From Macrostomum lignano (taxonomy: Eukaryota), in the NCBI GenBank assembly GCA_002269645.1, contig NIVC01003073.1, positions 1-64,000 of the forward strand: 64,000 bases of DNA, given 5' to 3'. The notes beneath the pieces were generated by a model. That model saw only the letters and a list, made by a program, of their open reading frames with translations. It had not been told where the DNA came from and did not search any database. This document shows, piece by piece, positions 22,555 through 35,950 of this stretch. The first letter of the stretch is position 1; each line of letters starts with the position of its first letter. The translations under genes were made by a program, and so were the position numbers.

Positions 22555-24714
22555 CCAATCAGTGAGTCTCCCGCGGCCCGCTAAGGCCCCTTCGGCTAGC
22601 AAACTGACTGAGAGTCATTCTTCTCACAGAGCTGTCAGGGTGTACAGCTCGGCCTTGGGGAGACTCAGACCGCACGGACGTGAACTGCACCACAAGCAAC
22701 AGCAGGCCAATTTTGAGCACGAGCTGCAGATGAATTGCTGATTGCATGTTAATTACTGCTGAGCTTCTGTGCTTTAAGTTTAGCTTTCAAATTGATCATT
22801 TTATGGACTAGGTAGGGTCAGTCTTTAGGGCTTCATCAAGTCTCAGGCTTTACTTATTAAAGCAAAAGATTGGCTCAGCTTTGACCTGTTGACAGGGGAT
22901 TTGAGCTGTACGAATTAGCTGGAGTGAGCACAGCAGTGGGGCCGGATTACCAAGCTGAGCAGGGAGATGCTGCCCCCGCATGCGCTGAGGGGAAGATGAG
23001 GCAAGAGGAGCAGCAGCTCACCGAAATCTCCCCCTGCCACGCGTGAGCTCCCCAGCCTCTCCCCGCCATCTCCATCGTTGCGTGTCCGGCAGTCTCAATC
23101 AGATGTACACGGATTGTCACATGCTCCCTCAGTGTGTACTCTCCGGCTGCCTGCACTTTTGCAGTCTGCGTCTCCCCCCCCCTTGTATTCTCCTTCTCGT
23201 CTCCAGTGCGTCTCGCGCCGCTGTAACCCAATCGCTAATCCGCTGGGCTCTTACCGACGACCCGGGCCTCTTCTTTGATGCTTTCCCCGAGGAAAATTGT
23301 TTACCGCTGTGCTCCCCCCTCTTGACCGGGGGATCTGCACTGAAGCTTTGCTTATAATATCGCCGCCAATGTTTCTACACAAGAAGAAGTATTTTTCCAT
23401 CTTCGACTCCGATTCACAGATCTGTCAATGCAGCCCCAGTGTTTGTTTGCAATTCCTGTTTTTTGTGTTTGTTTTTCTTAAAAAAAGCAACTGTCGCATA
23501 CGAGTACTGTGTTGAACGCTTCCCTGTGTACTTTGTTAAACATCAAAACTTTTTCGTGTAAGTCTTCTGGCATAGCTACTGACTATTTAGTAAACTTGTT
23601 TACGTGTTTCATCGTGCAATGTACTTATTTGTGTGCAATGTACACTTCACCGTAAGCTGCGATAAGCCTGTGATTCCTGTAAATCTGTTCGGATAGAAGC
23701 TAGCTTCAATCCATATAATAAAAATGGATTTTTCCCGGCAATAAACTGCAGAGAACCAAATGCAGTCCGTATTTAGAAATGTACTTTTCGTCAAATTGAT
23801 TTCTTATTCGCCTTCGGTTCGGCTAGGAAAAAAATTGTTCGCACTTTTCCCCACTTTGGCTTGACGCACGTGATAAAAAACTTGGGCTGCCGCAGCGCCT
23901 GCAGGCAATCAATATTTATGTGCAGCCATCAGCAAATTCCGCTAATTGCATGCCATTCAGCCCATTTACAAGGCGGCTGAAGCCCCAAACCTGTGATATC
24001 ACCGCCAGACTGAATTGAACTGGGAAAGAAGTCGCTACAATGGGAGCTGTTCCTGGAAAACTCCACCAATCAATGCGACACTGCTAATACTTGCCCCCCC
24101 CCCCACCGCCGATTCTGCGGATTGAGGTAACCTTGCATTTGATTCCTCGCATGCAGTGGATTTGTTCAGCGCATTTTCGACTTGAAGGATATTTTATTGA
24201 AAGATCGACGCAGCCTCCAGCAGCACTTTCCGGGGACAGTCGCTAATGACTCACCCACTCCTCCGTTGAGCAAGCAGGAAGGGCCGCACATCGCCTTCTC
24301 CGAGTCCGCATCCGTTGATGATGCAATCCTTTAGTCCCCCTGCTGCAGCAGCTGCTGCTGAGCCGGCCGAAATCCGAGGTACGGAGAGGCGCGGGCGAGT
24401 TGAGTGCCACTCAAAACGAAGATGGCGCCACTTACGCAGGCTCCGCCCCCAGACTCCAGATTCAGGTCCTGAACATCTTAAGCCTGGGAGGATGCAGGAT
24501 AAAGCCTTTGCAGATCCCATTCTCCCAGTGCAGGCCTACGCTTTTTATTGAGCTCTCGATGACGAGTCTCGCTCTCTGGGATTCTGTTGTCCCCACAATG
24601 AAACCTGCTGCTGCTGCTGCTGCATACCAACCCCACATCCTGCTTGTGCCGCTCACCGTCTGCTCTGCTCATTCTCAGTTCACCTGCCTCTCCTCTCTCC
24701 CTCTCTTCTCCATC

Positions 24715-25490
24715 TCCTGTCTCCCCTCTCTTCTATCTTTCCTGTCTCCCCTCTCTTCTATCTTTCCTGTCTCCCCTCTCTTCTATCTTTCCTGTCTCCC
24801 CTCTCTTCTCTCCTGTCTCCCCTCTCTTCTATCTTTCCTGTCTCCCCTCTCTTCTATCTTTCCTGTCTCCCCTCTCTTCTATCTTTCCTGTCTCCCCTCT
24901 CTTCCATCTTTCCTGTCTCCCCTCTCTTCTATCTTTCCTGTCTCCCCTCTCTTCTATCTTTCCTGTCTCCCCTCTCTTCCATCTTTCCTGTCTCCCCTCT
25001 CTTCTATCTTTCCTGTCTCCCCTCTCTTCTATCTTTCCTGTCTCCCCTCTCTTCTATCTTTCCTGTCTCCACTCTCTTCTCTCCTGTCTCCCCTCTCTTC
25101 TATCTTTCCTGTCTCCCCTCTCTTCTATCTTTCCTGTCTCCCCTCTCTTCTATCTTTCCTGTCTCCCCTCTCTTCTATCTTTCCTGTCTCCCCTCTCTTC
25201 TATCTTTCCTGTCTCCCCTCTCTTCTATCTTTCCTGTCTCCCCTCTCTTCTCTCCTGTCTCCCCTCTCTTCTATCTTTCCTGTCTCCCCTCTCTTCTATC
25301 TTTCCTGTCTCCCCTCTCTTCTCTCCTGTCTCCCCTCTCTTCTATCTTTCCTGTCTCCCCTCTCTTCTATCTTTCCTGTCTCCCCTCTCTTCTATCTTTC
25401 CTGTCTCCACTCTCTTCTATCTTTCCTGTCTCCCCTCTCTTCTATCTTTCCTGTCTCCACTCTCTTCTCTCCTGTCTCCCCTCTCTTCTC
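24715..25490. repeat. 25-bp minisatellite (CCTCTCTTCTATCTTTCCTGTCTCC)
   Basis: Direct inspection. Confidence 0.95.
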
Positions 25491-26024
25491 CATCTCTCCC
25501 GCATCCCAGATCTCTTCTAATCTCTACTTTCTCAGCGCCTCTCCCAGTTCCGCCCTGAGCCTCCGCATCCCAGACACTCCTGCCTGGCTAGCACAAAAAC
25601 ACAAAATCCATAGCCAGCCGGATCCGCTTTGCTTTATCATCAGTGGTGCCGAAAACTCCCAAGCGTCTTTCGGGCTATGATTTATGATCCCCTGTTGCTT
25701 TTAATACACTATAATAATGTGAGAGGTCAGTCAGGGTCAATCCAAGCCCCACCTTGCGGCACCGCACAGGCAGTGTTGATTAGCCTGGCGGGCTTGCCTT
25801 AGTAATTAATGAAGGTGCAACTCTTCAGGTGTACAATAAGCCGATAGCACTTTCTCTCCTGCAGTTTCACCGCCTAATATCCCTTTATCCCAAGCAACAG
25901 CCTGGCAACCAATATGATTAATCAGTGATGACTTGTACCGGGCTGAAGCTGGGAAGCTACTCGTATAATAAGGTAAAAAGGCAATTGTGGAAAATACAGA
26001 AATTTAGGGTTGTACCGAAGGACA

Positions 26025-27020
26025 CCGATTGATTGAGTCCTGTCCCAGTACCGATTGTTTGAGTCCTGTCCCAGTACCGACTGATTGAGGCCTGTCCCAG
26101 TACCGACTGATTGAGGCCTGTCCCAGTACCGATTGATTGTGGCCTGTCCCAGTACCGACTGATTGAGGCCTGTCCCAGTACCAATTGATTGAGGCCTGTC
26201 CCAGTATCGACTGATTGAGTCCTGTCCCAGTACCGATTGATTGAGTCCTGTCCCAGTACCGATTGATTGAGGCCTGTCCCAGTACCGATTGATTGAGTCC
26301 TGTCCCAGTACCGATTGATTGAGTCCTGTCCCAGTACCGATTGATTGAGGCCTGTCCCAGTACCGATTGATTGAGGCCTGTCCCAGTACCGATTGATTGT
26401 GGCCTGTCCCAGTACCGACTGATTGAGGCCTGTCCCAGTACCGATTGTTTGAGTCCTGTCCCAGTACCGATTGATTGAGTCCTGTCCCAGTACCGATTGT
26501 TTGAGGCCTGTCCCAGTACCGATTGTTTGAGTCCTGTCCCAGTACCGATTGATTGAGTCCTGTCCCAGTACCGATTGATTAAGTCCTGTCCCAGTACCGA
26601 TTGATTGAGGCCTGTCCCAGTACCGATTGATTGAGGCCTGTCCCAGTACCGATTGATTGTGGCCTGTCCCAGTACCGACTGATTGAGGCCTGTCCCAGTA
26701 CCGATTGTTTGAGTCCTGTCCCAGTACCGATTGATTGAGTCCTGTCCCAGTACCGATTGATTGAGGCCTGTCCCAGTACCGATTGATTGAGTCCTGTCCC
26801 AGTACCGATTGATTGAGTCCTGTCCCAGTACCGATTGATTGAGGCCTGTCCCAGTACCGATTGATTGAGGCCTGTCCCAGTACCGATTGATTGAGGCCTG
26901 TCCCAGTACCGACTGATTGAGTCCTGTCCCAGTACCGATTGATTGAGGCCTGTCCCAGTACCGACAGGCCTGTCCCAGTACCGACAGGCCTGTCCCAGTA
27001 CCGACTGATTGAGGCCTGTC
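26025..27020. repeat. 26-bp minisatellite (CCTGTCCCAGTACCGATTGATTGAGK)
   Basis: Direct inspection. Confidence 0.95.
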
Positions 27021-27758
27021 CAAACACATGTCGAATGCGATTGTTACCTGCATTCACAGGCCAACCTTCACAAATCCAAGCCTCCACTAACACGCATTAG
27101 CTCATTGCTCATACTCATTAGCTCATTGCTCATAGTCCAACACTCGTACGTGCAGCTCTCCTCAGTTGACCAACTCAACCAAGCCTCAAGCAGTCTTGAC
27201 ACTCCGGTTTTGGCACACCCGACCATGTTCAAATCTCTGGCGGCAGCAGCGCTATGGAGATTATCCCCAATCCCCTCGCCTGTCATCACCCGTCAGCGAA
27301 ATCCTCCCGCCAGGGCCTCCGCCCCTGTGGCTGTGGCAGGGGTCCAGCGATGACCGGCACCCCATCTACACCAGCAGCAGCCGCAGCAGCAGATTTTGCA
27401 GCCCTTTTTATCTTTGCCGGCAAATCTCTTGGCATTATGGCTCTGGCTAAGCCTCTCTCTCTTCTCCTAGAAGCGGCCCCCATTGAACTGATTACGTAAC
27501 AATGCAAGTCGCTGCTGGGGGCTGTCTGTCACTGCCTGTCTGTCTGTCTGTCTTGCGGTTTAAAAAGCCCAAATCCCAAAAACACGCGCAACAAGTTCCA
27601 AAATATGTCTGAAAGCGCCTCTCATTATTGTAGCTGCGAGATGGCTGTGGTTCACTGGCTTGCTGTCAGTAACTGAGGTGGGCAACCGGCGCCCCCCCAT
27701 GCTGACCCCTTGGCTTGCGGTAAAACTAGAATAACGGTTTGGATTCACTGGCAATATT

Positions 27759-28452
27759 GAGATCAGAGATCGGAGATCAGAGATCGGAGATCAGAGATCG
27801 GAGATCAGAGATCGGAGATCAGAGATCGGAGATCAGAGATCGGAGATCAGAGATCGGAGATCAGAGATCGGAGATCAGAGATCGGAGATCAGAGATCGGA
27901 GATCAGAGATCGGAGATCAGAGATCGGAGATCAGAGATCGGAGATCAGAGATCGGAGATCAGAGATCGGAGATCAGAGATCGGAGATCAGAGATCGGAGA
28001 TCAGAGATCGGAGATCAGAGATCGGAGATCAGAGATCGGAGATCAGAGATCGGAGATCAGAGATCGGAGATCAGAGATCGGAGATCAGAGATCGGAGATC
28101 AGAGATCGGAGATCAGAGATCGGAGATCAGAGATCGGAGATCAGAGATCGGAGATCAGAGATCGGAGATCAGAGATCGGAGATCAGAGATCGGAGATCAG
28201 AGATCGGAGATCAGAGATCGGAGATCAGAGATCGGAGATCAGAGATCGGAGATCAGAGATCGGAGATCAGAGATCGGAGATCAGAGATCGGAGATCAGAA
28301 ATCGGAGATCAGAGATCGGAGATCAGAGATCGGAGATCAGAGATCGGAGATCAGAGATCGGAGATCAGAGATCGGAGATCAGAGATCGGAGATCAGAGAT
28401 CGGAGATCAGAGATCGGAGATCAGAGATCGGAGATCAGAGATCGGAGATCAG
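27759..28452. repeat. 14-bp satellite (GAGATCGGAGATCA), itself a 7+7 dimer, ~49 almost perfect copies
   Basis: Direct inspection. Confidence 0.97.
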
Positions 28453-29039
28453 AAAACAGAGATAGCAGGGAGTCACACCAGCTCCATATCACCCCAATCG
28501 AAGCCGGAGCAGAAAAGGTCAGTCAGGTAAAGCCAGCCGCAAATCAACAGCTGAGCAGCCCTTGAGTCCAGCAGGTTGCAATTCCAATTGATCATAGGAA
28601 GCTGCTCAATGCCTCATCAGTGTATCCAGCCTCCCGAGTCGCGTCATCATTAGCAACCCCAGCTCCCGTGCACCGTGGCCACTGAGGTCAGCGGCTATCA
28701 CAGATTACGCAATCGCGTCCTGCCCCGTCTCAATTTCTTTTTTTTCTTGCCACACCACCGTCACTGGGCAGCTCAAAGCGATGGCGTGACCGGCGGCAAT
28801 TACGGCGGGCTCGGGCCGGGCATCGATTGCGAGGCTGGTCGCTCCCTGGCTGCTCAGTATCGCTGCAGCATCCATGATGTTGGGTGGACTGCGGGTGATC
28901 TTGTAGCCTTGTGTCCATTCACAGATCAGCGTTTGATTACGCTTTTTTTATTCCGCCTCAGAGACGGATACAGAGGGCGATAGACTGCGGGAGACAGCTG
29001 GGAGAATAGGAGAGCTAGGAAAAAAAGTGAAGAGACGGT

Positions 29040-29820
29040 AGGAGAGTGAAAAGAGTGGGGAGAGTGAAAAGAGCGGGGAGAGTGAAAAGAGTGGGGAGAG
29101 TGAAAAGAGCGGGGAGAGTGAAAAGAGCGGGGAGAGTGAAAAGAGTGGGGAGAGTGAAAAGAGCGGGGAGAGTGAAAAGAGCGGGGAGAGTGAAAAGAGT
29201 GGGGAGAGTGAAAAGAGCGGGGAGAGTGAAAAGAGTGGGGAGAGTGAAAAGAGTGGGGAGAGTGAAAAAAGTGGGGACAGTGAAAAGAGTGGGGAGAGTG
29301 AAAAGAGTGGGGAGAGTGAAAAGAGAGTGAAAAGAGCGGGGAGAGTGAAAAGAGTGGGGAGAGTGAAAAGAGTGGGGAGAGTGAAAAGAGTGGGGAGAGT
29401 GAAAAGAGTGGGGAGAGTGAAAAGAGTGGGGAGAGTGAAGAGTGGGGAGAGTGAAAAGAGTGGGGACAGTGAAAAGAGTGGGGAGAGTGAAAAGAGAGTG
29501 AAAAGAGTGGGGAGAGTGAAAAGAGTGGGGAGAGTGAAAAGAGAGTGAAAAGAGTGGGGAGAGTGAAAAGAGTGGGGAGAGTGAAAAGAGTGGGGAGAGT
29601 GAAAAGAGTGGGGAGAGTGAAAAAAGTGGGGACAGTGAAAAGAGTGGGGAGAGTGAAAAGAGTGGGGAGAGTGAAAAGAGAGTGAAAAGAGCGGGGAGAG
29701 TGAAAAGAGTGGGGAGAGTGAAAAGAGTGGGGAGAGTGAAAAGAGTGGGGAGAGTGAAAAGAGTGGGGAGAGTGAAGAGTGGGGAGAGTGAAAAGAGTGG
29801 GGAGAGTGAAGAGTGGGGAG
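29040..29820. repeat. 18-bp minisatellite (GGGGAGAGTGAAAAGAGY)
   Basis: Direct inspection. Confidence 0.95.
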
Positions 29821-30354
29821 AGTAAAAGGTAACAGCCTGAGCGTGCGGAACTTTCTAGGAAATCGATGGACCTTCATCGCCGCAGCCGCCACAGCCTCGG
29901 CACGCAGCTGATGGCTGGCCAGAAGGTCAGTCGAGTTCAAAGCAGTCCGGGGGGGTGAACAGTTTCCCTAATAAATTTTACTGAGTGAACTTTTCAGCAG
30001 AAGGCCGACACGGGGGTGACCTGGGGACACGCGGCTTGCTGCTCACAACAGCAACTTCGGATAATTTCTGCCAGCTCTGAACAAGAAAAACCATTTGGAG
30101 AAGAAAGTTCAGCAGCTGAATAAAGCTGATGGCAATCTCGCTGATCTGAAACAGATTAGAAATGCATTTCTTTCTCCAGGATCAATTGGCTCGTGAGCAC
30201 CGCCTGAGCAGCCAGGCCGCCTTGGGAGGAACTTTGCCAGCTTATCTGCTTCTGCCGGGAAATCTTTGCTAAAATCCACGAAAGTAAATAATTGAGTTTG
30301 TGCGCCCCTGTTCTCTGTTCCTCATCAATCCATTCAACTGCTCAAATGTTCACT

Positions 30355-30895
30355 CTAGATTCAAGTCTCCATTCACTCATTTTAGATATCCATTCACTCA
30401 TTTTAGATATCCATTCACTCATTTTAGATATCCATTCACTCATTTTAGATATCCATTCACTCATCTTAGATATCCATTCACTCATTTTAGATATCCTTTC
30501 ACTCATCTTAGATATCCATTCACTCATCTTAGATATCCATTCACTCATACTAGATATCCATTCACTCCTTTTAGATATCCATTCACTCATTTTAGATATC
30601 CATTCACTCATTTTAGATATCCATTCACTCATTTTAGATATCAATTCACTCATTTTAGATATCCATTCACCCATTTTAGATATCCATTCACTCATTTTAG
30701 ATATCCATTCACTCATTTTAGATATCAATTCACTCATTTTAGATATCCATTCACTCATTTAAGGTCTCCATTCACTCATCTTAGATATCCATTCACTCAT
30801 CTTAGATATCCTTTCACTCATCTTATATATCCTTTCACTCATTATAGATTTCCATTCACTCATTTTAGATACCCATCACTCATTTTAGATATCCA
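30355..30895. repeat. 21-bp minisatellite (CATTCACTCATTTTAGATATC)
   Basis: Direct inspection. Confidence 0.95.
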
Positions 30896-31409
30896 TTGAC
30901 TCATTATAAATGTCCGTTCAACCAATTCACAAGTCCGCTCACCTCTCGCAGAATGGCTAAAAATAGGTAGGGCCACTGGCAGTCCCCATTCATCAGCTGC
31001 AAGTCAATCGCCAACCATAAACAGTTTTCACAATTCATTGGGCAGGAAAGGAAAATGTATGCCAAATTCTTTAAATCGGTCCAGAAGCAGAAATTCAAAA
31101 GCAAGGCTTTCCCATTAGGAGCAGGCAGCAAACCACAGCTCTTAGTTATAAAATTGTTGACTTCATTAGCTGTACTGTGTGTTTAGCCTGCCTGCACAGG
31201 TATGCAAAAGTGCAGCCCGAGTGCCAAAACCGGTCCAGTGCAGCCTCCCAGTTGCTTAAACTGGCCATTAAATATTCACGCCTGAGTTGCTATCGACTGA
31301 GGCTGGAGCTAATCGGCTGGCACTGAGCTGCTGAGCTGGGGCGATTGGACTGTCTGAGCTTGAAGTTCATTTGTCTGCTGAGGGCCATGAGTGCCAGGTC
31401 TCCGGTGCC

Positions 31410-32180
31410 TGTCTGTCTGAGTCTGTCTGAGTCTATCTGAGTCTATCTGAGTCTGTCTGAGTCTATCTGAGTCTGTCTGAGTCTATCTGAGTCTGTCTGA
31501 GTCTGTCTGAGTCTGTCTGAGTCTGTCTGAATCTGTCTGAGTTTGTCTGAGTCTGTCTGAGTCTGTCTGAGTCTGTCTGAGTCTATCTGAGTCTGTCTGA
31601 GTCTGTCTGAATCTGCCTGAGTCTGTCTGAGTCTATCTGAGTCTGTCTGAGTCTATATGAGTCTGTCTGAGTCTATCTGAGTCTGTCTGAATCTGTCTGA
31701 GTCTGTCTGAGTCTATCTGAGTCTGTCTGAGTCTGTCTGAGTCTGTCTGAGTCTATCTGAGTCTGTCTGAGTCTGTCTGAGTCTGTCTAAATCTGTCTGA
31801 GTTTGTCTGAGTCTGTCTGAGTCTGTCTGAGTCTATCTGAGTCTGTCTGAGTCTATCTGAGTCTGTCTGAGTCTATCTGAGTCTGTCTGAGTCTATCTGA
31901 GTCTGTCTGAATCTGTCTGAGTCTGTCTGAGTCTATCTGAGTCTGTCTGAGTCTGTCTGAGTCTGTCTGAGTCTGTCTGAATCTGTCTGAGTCTGTCTGA
32001 GTCTATCTGAGTCTGTCTGAGTCTATCTGAGTCTGTCTGAGTCTATCTGAGTCTGTCTGAATCTGTCTGAGTCTGTCTGAGTCTATCTGAGTCTGTCTGA
32101 GTCTGTCTGAGTCTGTCTGAGTCTATCTGAGTCTGTCTGAGTCTGTCTGAGTCTGTCTGAGTCTGTCTGAGTCTGTCTGT
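31410..32180. repeat. 10-bp satellite (GTCTRTCTGA)
   Basis: Direct inspection. Confidence 0.95.
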
Positions 32181-32764
32181 ACATGCCTGACACTTATAAA
32201 GTCATGGCCACTTTACACTTTACTGCTTGCATGTGCTCAGTAGTCAGCGCAATGGCCAAAATTGCCTAAGGCGTTTCGCCAGGGTGGCCCGCAGCCCTCC
32301 TGAGTATTTATTTTTATCTGTCTGTCTGCCTGCCGGTCTGCCCCGCAGAGAAGTCCGCAGAGAAGCCGGGCGCACTTTCCCAGCTCTTTATCCCCATAGG
32401 AAGGCGCTGGTGAGCTGATCTCATTTCCCAGCTCACTGAATTCCCTCACTTATTCATTAAACTCTGGGTCTCCTCAGACCCGGCCTGGGCCCAGAGCTGT
32501 GCGAGATGAAGAAGTGCCCGGGCCCAGCCTCCCGCTGCTCCATTGAGTCTGCTAATGAGTCGGAGATGAGCGGAGACAAAATGCAGAGGCTCCGCGGTTA
32601 ATTAGAAAATTCCCCCGTTTGTAAATAAAAGTTTCTTTTTTGGAAATTCGTTTCGCTCTGATGGTAGGGGCGAACGCTTCGGAGTCAAATGGTGCCAGAA
32701 GATTGATTTGGGACACTGCTGCATCAGCCACATTTGATTCTGCGTCAGATTCTGGCTATATTTG

Positions 32765-33625
32765 TGTCAGATGCTGTATCGGATGCTATGCAACCTGTGT
32801 CAGATGCTATGCAACCTGTGTCAGATGCTATGCAATCTGTGTCAGGTGCTATGCAATCTGTGTCAGATGCTATGCAATCTGTGTCAGATGCTATGCAACC
32901 TGTGTCAGATGCTATGCAATCTGTGTCAGATGCTATGCAATCTGTGTCAGATGCTATGCAATCTGTGTCAGATGCTGTGTCAGATGCTATGCAATCTGTG
33001 TCAGATGCTATGCAATCTGTGTCAGGTGCTATGCAATCTGTGTCAGATGCTATGCAACCTGTGTCAGATGCTATGCAATCTGTGTCAGATGCTGTGTCAG
33101 ATGCTATGCAACCTGTGTCAGATGCTATGCAATCTGTGTCAGGTGCTATGCAATCTGTGTCAGATGCTATGCAATCTGTGTCAGGTGCTATGCAATCTGT
33201 GTCAGATGCTATGCAATCTGTGTCAGATGCTATGCAATCTGTGTCAGATGCTATGCAATCTGTGTCAGATGCTATGCAATCTGTGTCAGATGCTATGCAA
33301 TCTGTGTCAGATGCTATGCAATCTGTGTCAGATGCTATGCAATCTGTGTCAGATGCTATGCAATCTGTGTCAGATGCTATGCAATCTGTGTCAGATGCTA
33401 TGCAATCTGTGTCAGATGCTATGCAATCTGTGTCAGATGCTATGCAATCTGTGTCAGATGCTATGCAATCTGTGTCAGATGCTATGCAATCTGTGTCAGA
33501 TGCTATGCAATCTGTGTCAGATGCTATGCAATCTGTGTCAGATGCTATGCAATCTGTGTCAGATGCTATGCAATCTGTGTCAGATGCTATGCAATCTGTG
33601 TCAGATGCTACGCAACCTGTGTCAC
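32765..33625. repeat. 21-bp minisatellite (TGTGTCAGATGCTATGCAATC)
   Basis: Direct inspection. Confidence 0.95.
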
Positions 33626-34109
33626 CCCGAAGGCACAGAGAGTGTAAACGCCTGACTATGAGAAAGTCGGGGCCGCTGTACACCCTATGTGAGCTATGGG
33701 TGCGCCTGAACTGGAATGACTGCTAATTTGCCCTTGATTTCAGAATTTCGTCAAGTTATGAAACTTTGGATATGCAGATGAAGCAGACATGAATTTGGTC
33801 GTGACATTGCATAGCAACACTGTAGTTTCGGATTTCATCTGAGTGCAATGGCCGGTCTGTGTAATTTGCAATAATAATATTATTAATTATTATTACAAAA
33901 TCTCACCGACCTACGCAATGCTTGCAGTCAGCCTGCATGCGCTCGCATACATTTGCATGTTCGCTTTGGCAGTTTTCACTGGCCTAATAAATTCTAAAGC
34001 GTTACAAATAGACGGCTTTTACAGGTCCGCCTTGCGTTTGGGGCCAGAGAATAGCGCTATTAGACACTGGCATGGCGCCCACTTCACACCTAGATATTAG
34101 CGTCATCTA

Positions 34110-34660
34110 AAGCTATCTAACAGACATTGGAGCCACCTATAGTGTAGTCATCTAGAAGACATTGGCGCTATCTATAGCCATCTAGAAGACATTGGCGCTA
34201 TCTATAGTAGTCATCTAGAAGACATTGACGCTATCTATAGTCATCTAGAAGACATTTACGCTATCTATAGTCATCTAGAAGACATTTACGCTATCTATAG
34301 TCATCTAGAAGACATTGACGCTATCTATAGTCATCTAGAAGACATTTACGCTATCTATAGCCATCTAGAAGACATTGGCGCTATCTATAGTAGTCATCTA
34401 GAAGACATTGACGCTATCTATAGTCATCTAGAAGACATTTACGCTATCTATAGTCATCTAGACTAGAAGACATTGGGATCTATAGTCATCTAGAAGACAT
34501 TGACCCTATCTATAGTTATCTAGAAGACATTGGCGCTATCTATAGTCATCTAGAAGACATTGGCGCTATCTAGTTACCAACTAGACATTGGCGCCATCTT
34601 TATTAATTTACTAGACATGGCGCTACCTAAAGTAATCTAGAATTAGACATTGGCGCCCAG
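34110..34660. repeat. ~30-bp minisatellite (CTATCTATAGTCATCTAGAAGACATTGRCG)
   Basis: Direct inspection. Confidence 0.9.
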
Positions 34661-35304
34661 TAAACATCCAAGCACCGAGTATTCCAATACTCCATTCAAC
34701 TCAAGCCGGACTAAAATTCGGTGCTGGGAAGTATTTGATTTACACTGCTGCCTCTCAAGACACTCGACTAGCTGAGGCCCTGGCTGTAACAAAAATTCAA
34801 AATTTCACTACAGCATTAAGCCTTAACAGTGAGCCAATATTTGTCCTGCAGCGCATGTTGGGCTGCATTTATTCGTGGGCACACTCGATCAAAAGAAGCC
34901 GCTGCAGAATAGAGACATGCGCGCTTGCCTCTTGTTGTCTGCAGAGATTTTCTGTTCGGATAAAATATTTGCATTCATGCCTGTTATTTATTATTCGAGT
35001 ACACGCTGGGAATCCGCACAAAGGTGCTGGGCGATCCTGTGGGCTGCATGATTCAATCTGCGAGCTGAGACATCCCGAGTGAGCAGCTCGGAATCCGATC
35101 TCCTGGGACGGCAGGGGAGGGAAAAGTGCCAGAGTAATAATTATTGCCTGCGGCGACACCGGATATCTCAGAGGGAGGGGGTCTGCCGGTGCACGCCATG
35201 GAGATTCGGCTGTGGGGGCACGGAGCAGACTGGTGTAAAGATTGGATAGATAGAGATATAGACATAAAATACAAGTATGATGAATAGGCAGAGAGATAGA
35301 CAGA

Positions 35305-35950
35305 GGCAGACAAACATGTAGACAGACAGACAGACACAGGCAGACATGTTCAGACAGACACAGGTAGACATGTTCAGACAGACATGTACAGGCAGACAGA
35401 CATGTAGACAGACAGACAGGCACAGGCAGACATGTTCAGACAGACATGTACAGGCAGACAGACACAGGTAGACATGTTCAGACAGACATATACAGGCAGA
35501 CAGACACAGGTAGACATGTTCAGACAGACATGTACAGGCAGACATGTTCAGACAGACACAGGTAGACATGTTCAGACAGACATGTACAGGCAGACATGTT
35601 CAGACAGACATTTACAGGCAGACATGTTCAGACAGACATGTACAGGTAGACATGTTCAGACAGACATGTACAGGCAGACAGACACAGGCAGACATGTTCA
35701 GACAGACATGTACAGGCAGACATGTTCAGACAGACATGTACAGGCAGACAGACACAGGCAGACATGTTCAGACAGACATGTACAGGCAGACAGACACAGG
35801 CAGACATGTTCAGACAGACATGTACAGGCAGACAGACACAGGCAGACATGTTCAGACAGACATGTACAGACAGACAGACACAGGCAGACATGTTCAGACA
35901 GACATGTACAGACAGACAGACACAGGCAGACATGTTCAGACACATACAGA
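35305..35950. repeat. GACA-derived compound repeat (CAGACATGTTCAGACAGACATGTACAGG)
   Basis: Direct inspection. Confidence 0.9.

Noticed and set aside
27759-28452. AGATCGGAGA resembles the Illumina adapter start AGATCGGAAGAGC
   Set aside because: It diverges after 8 nt and forms a 14-bp genomic satellite with an internal variant.
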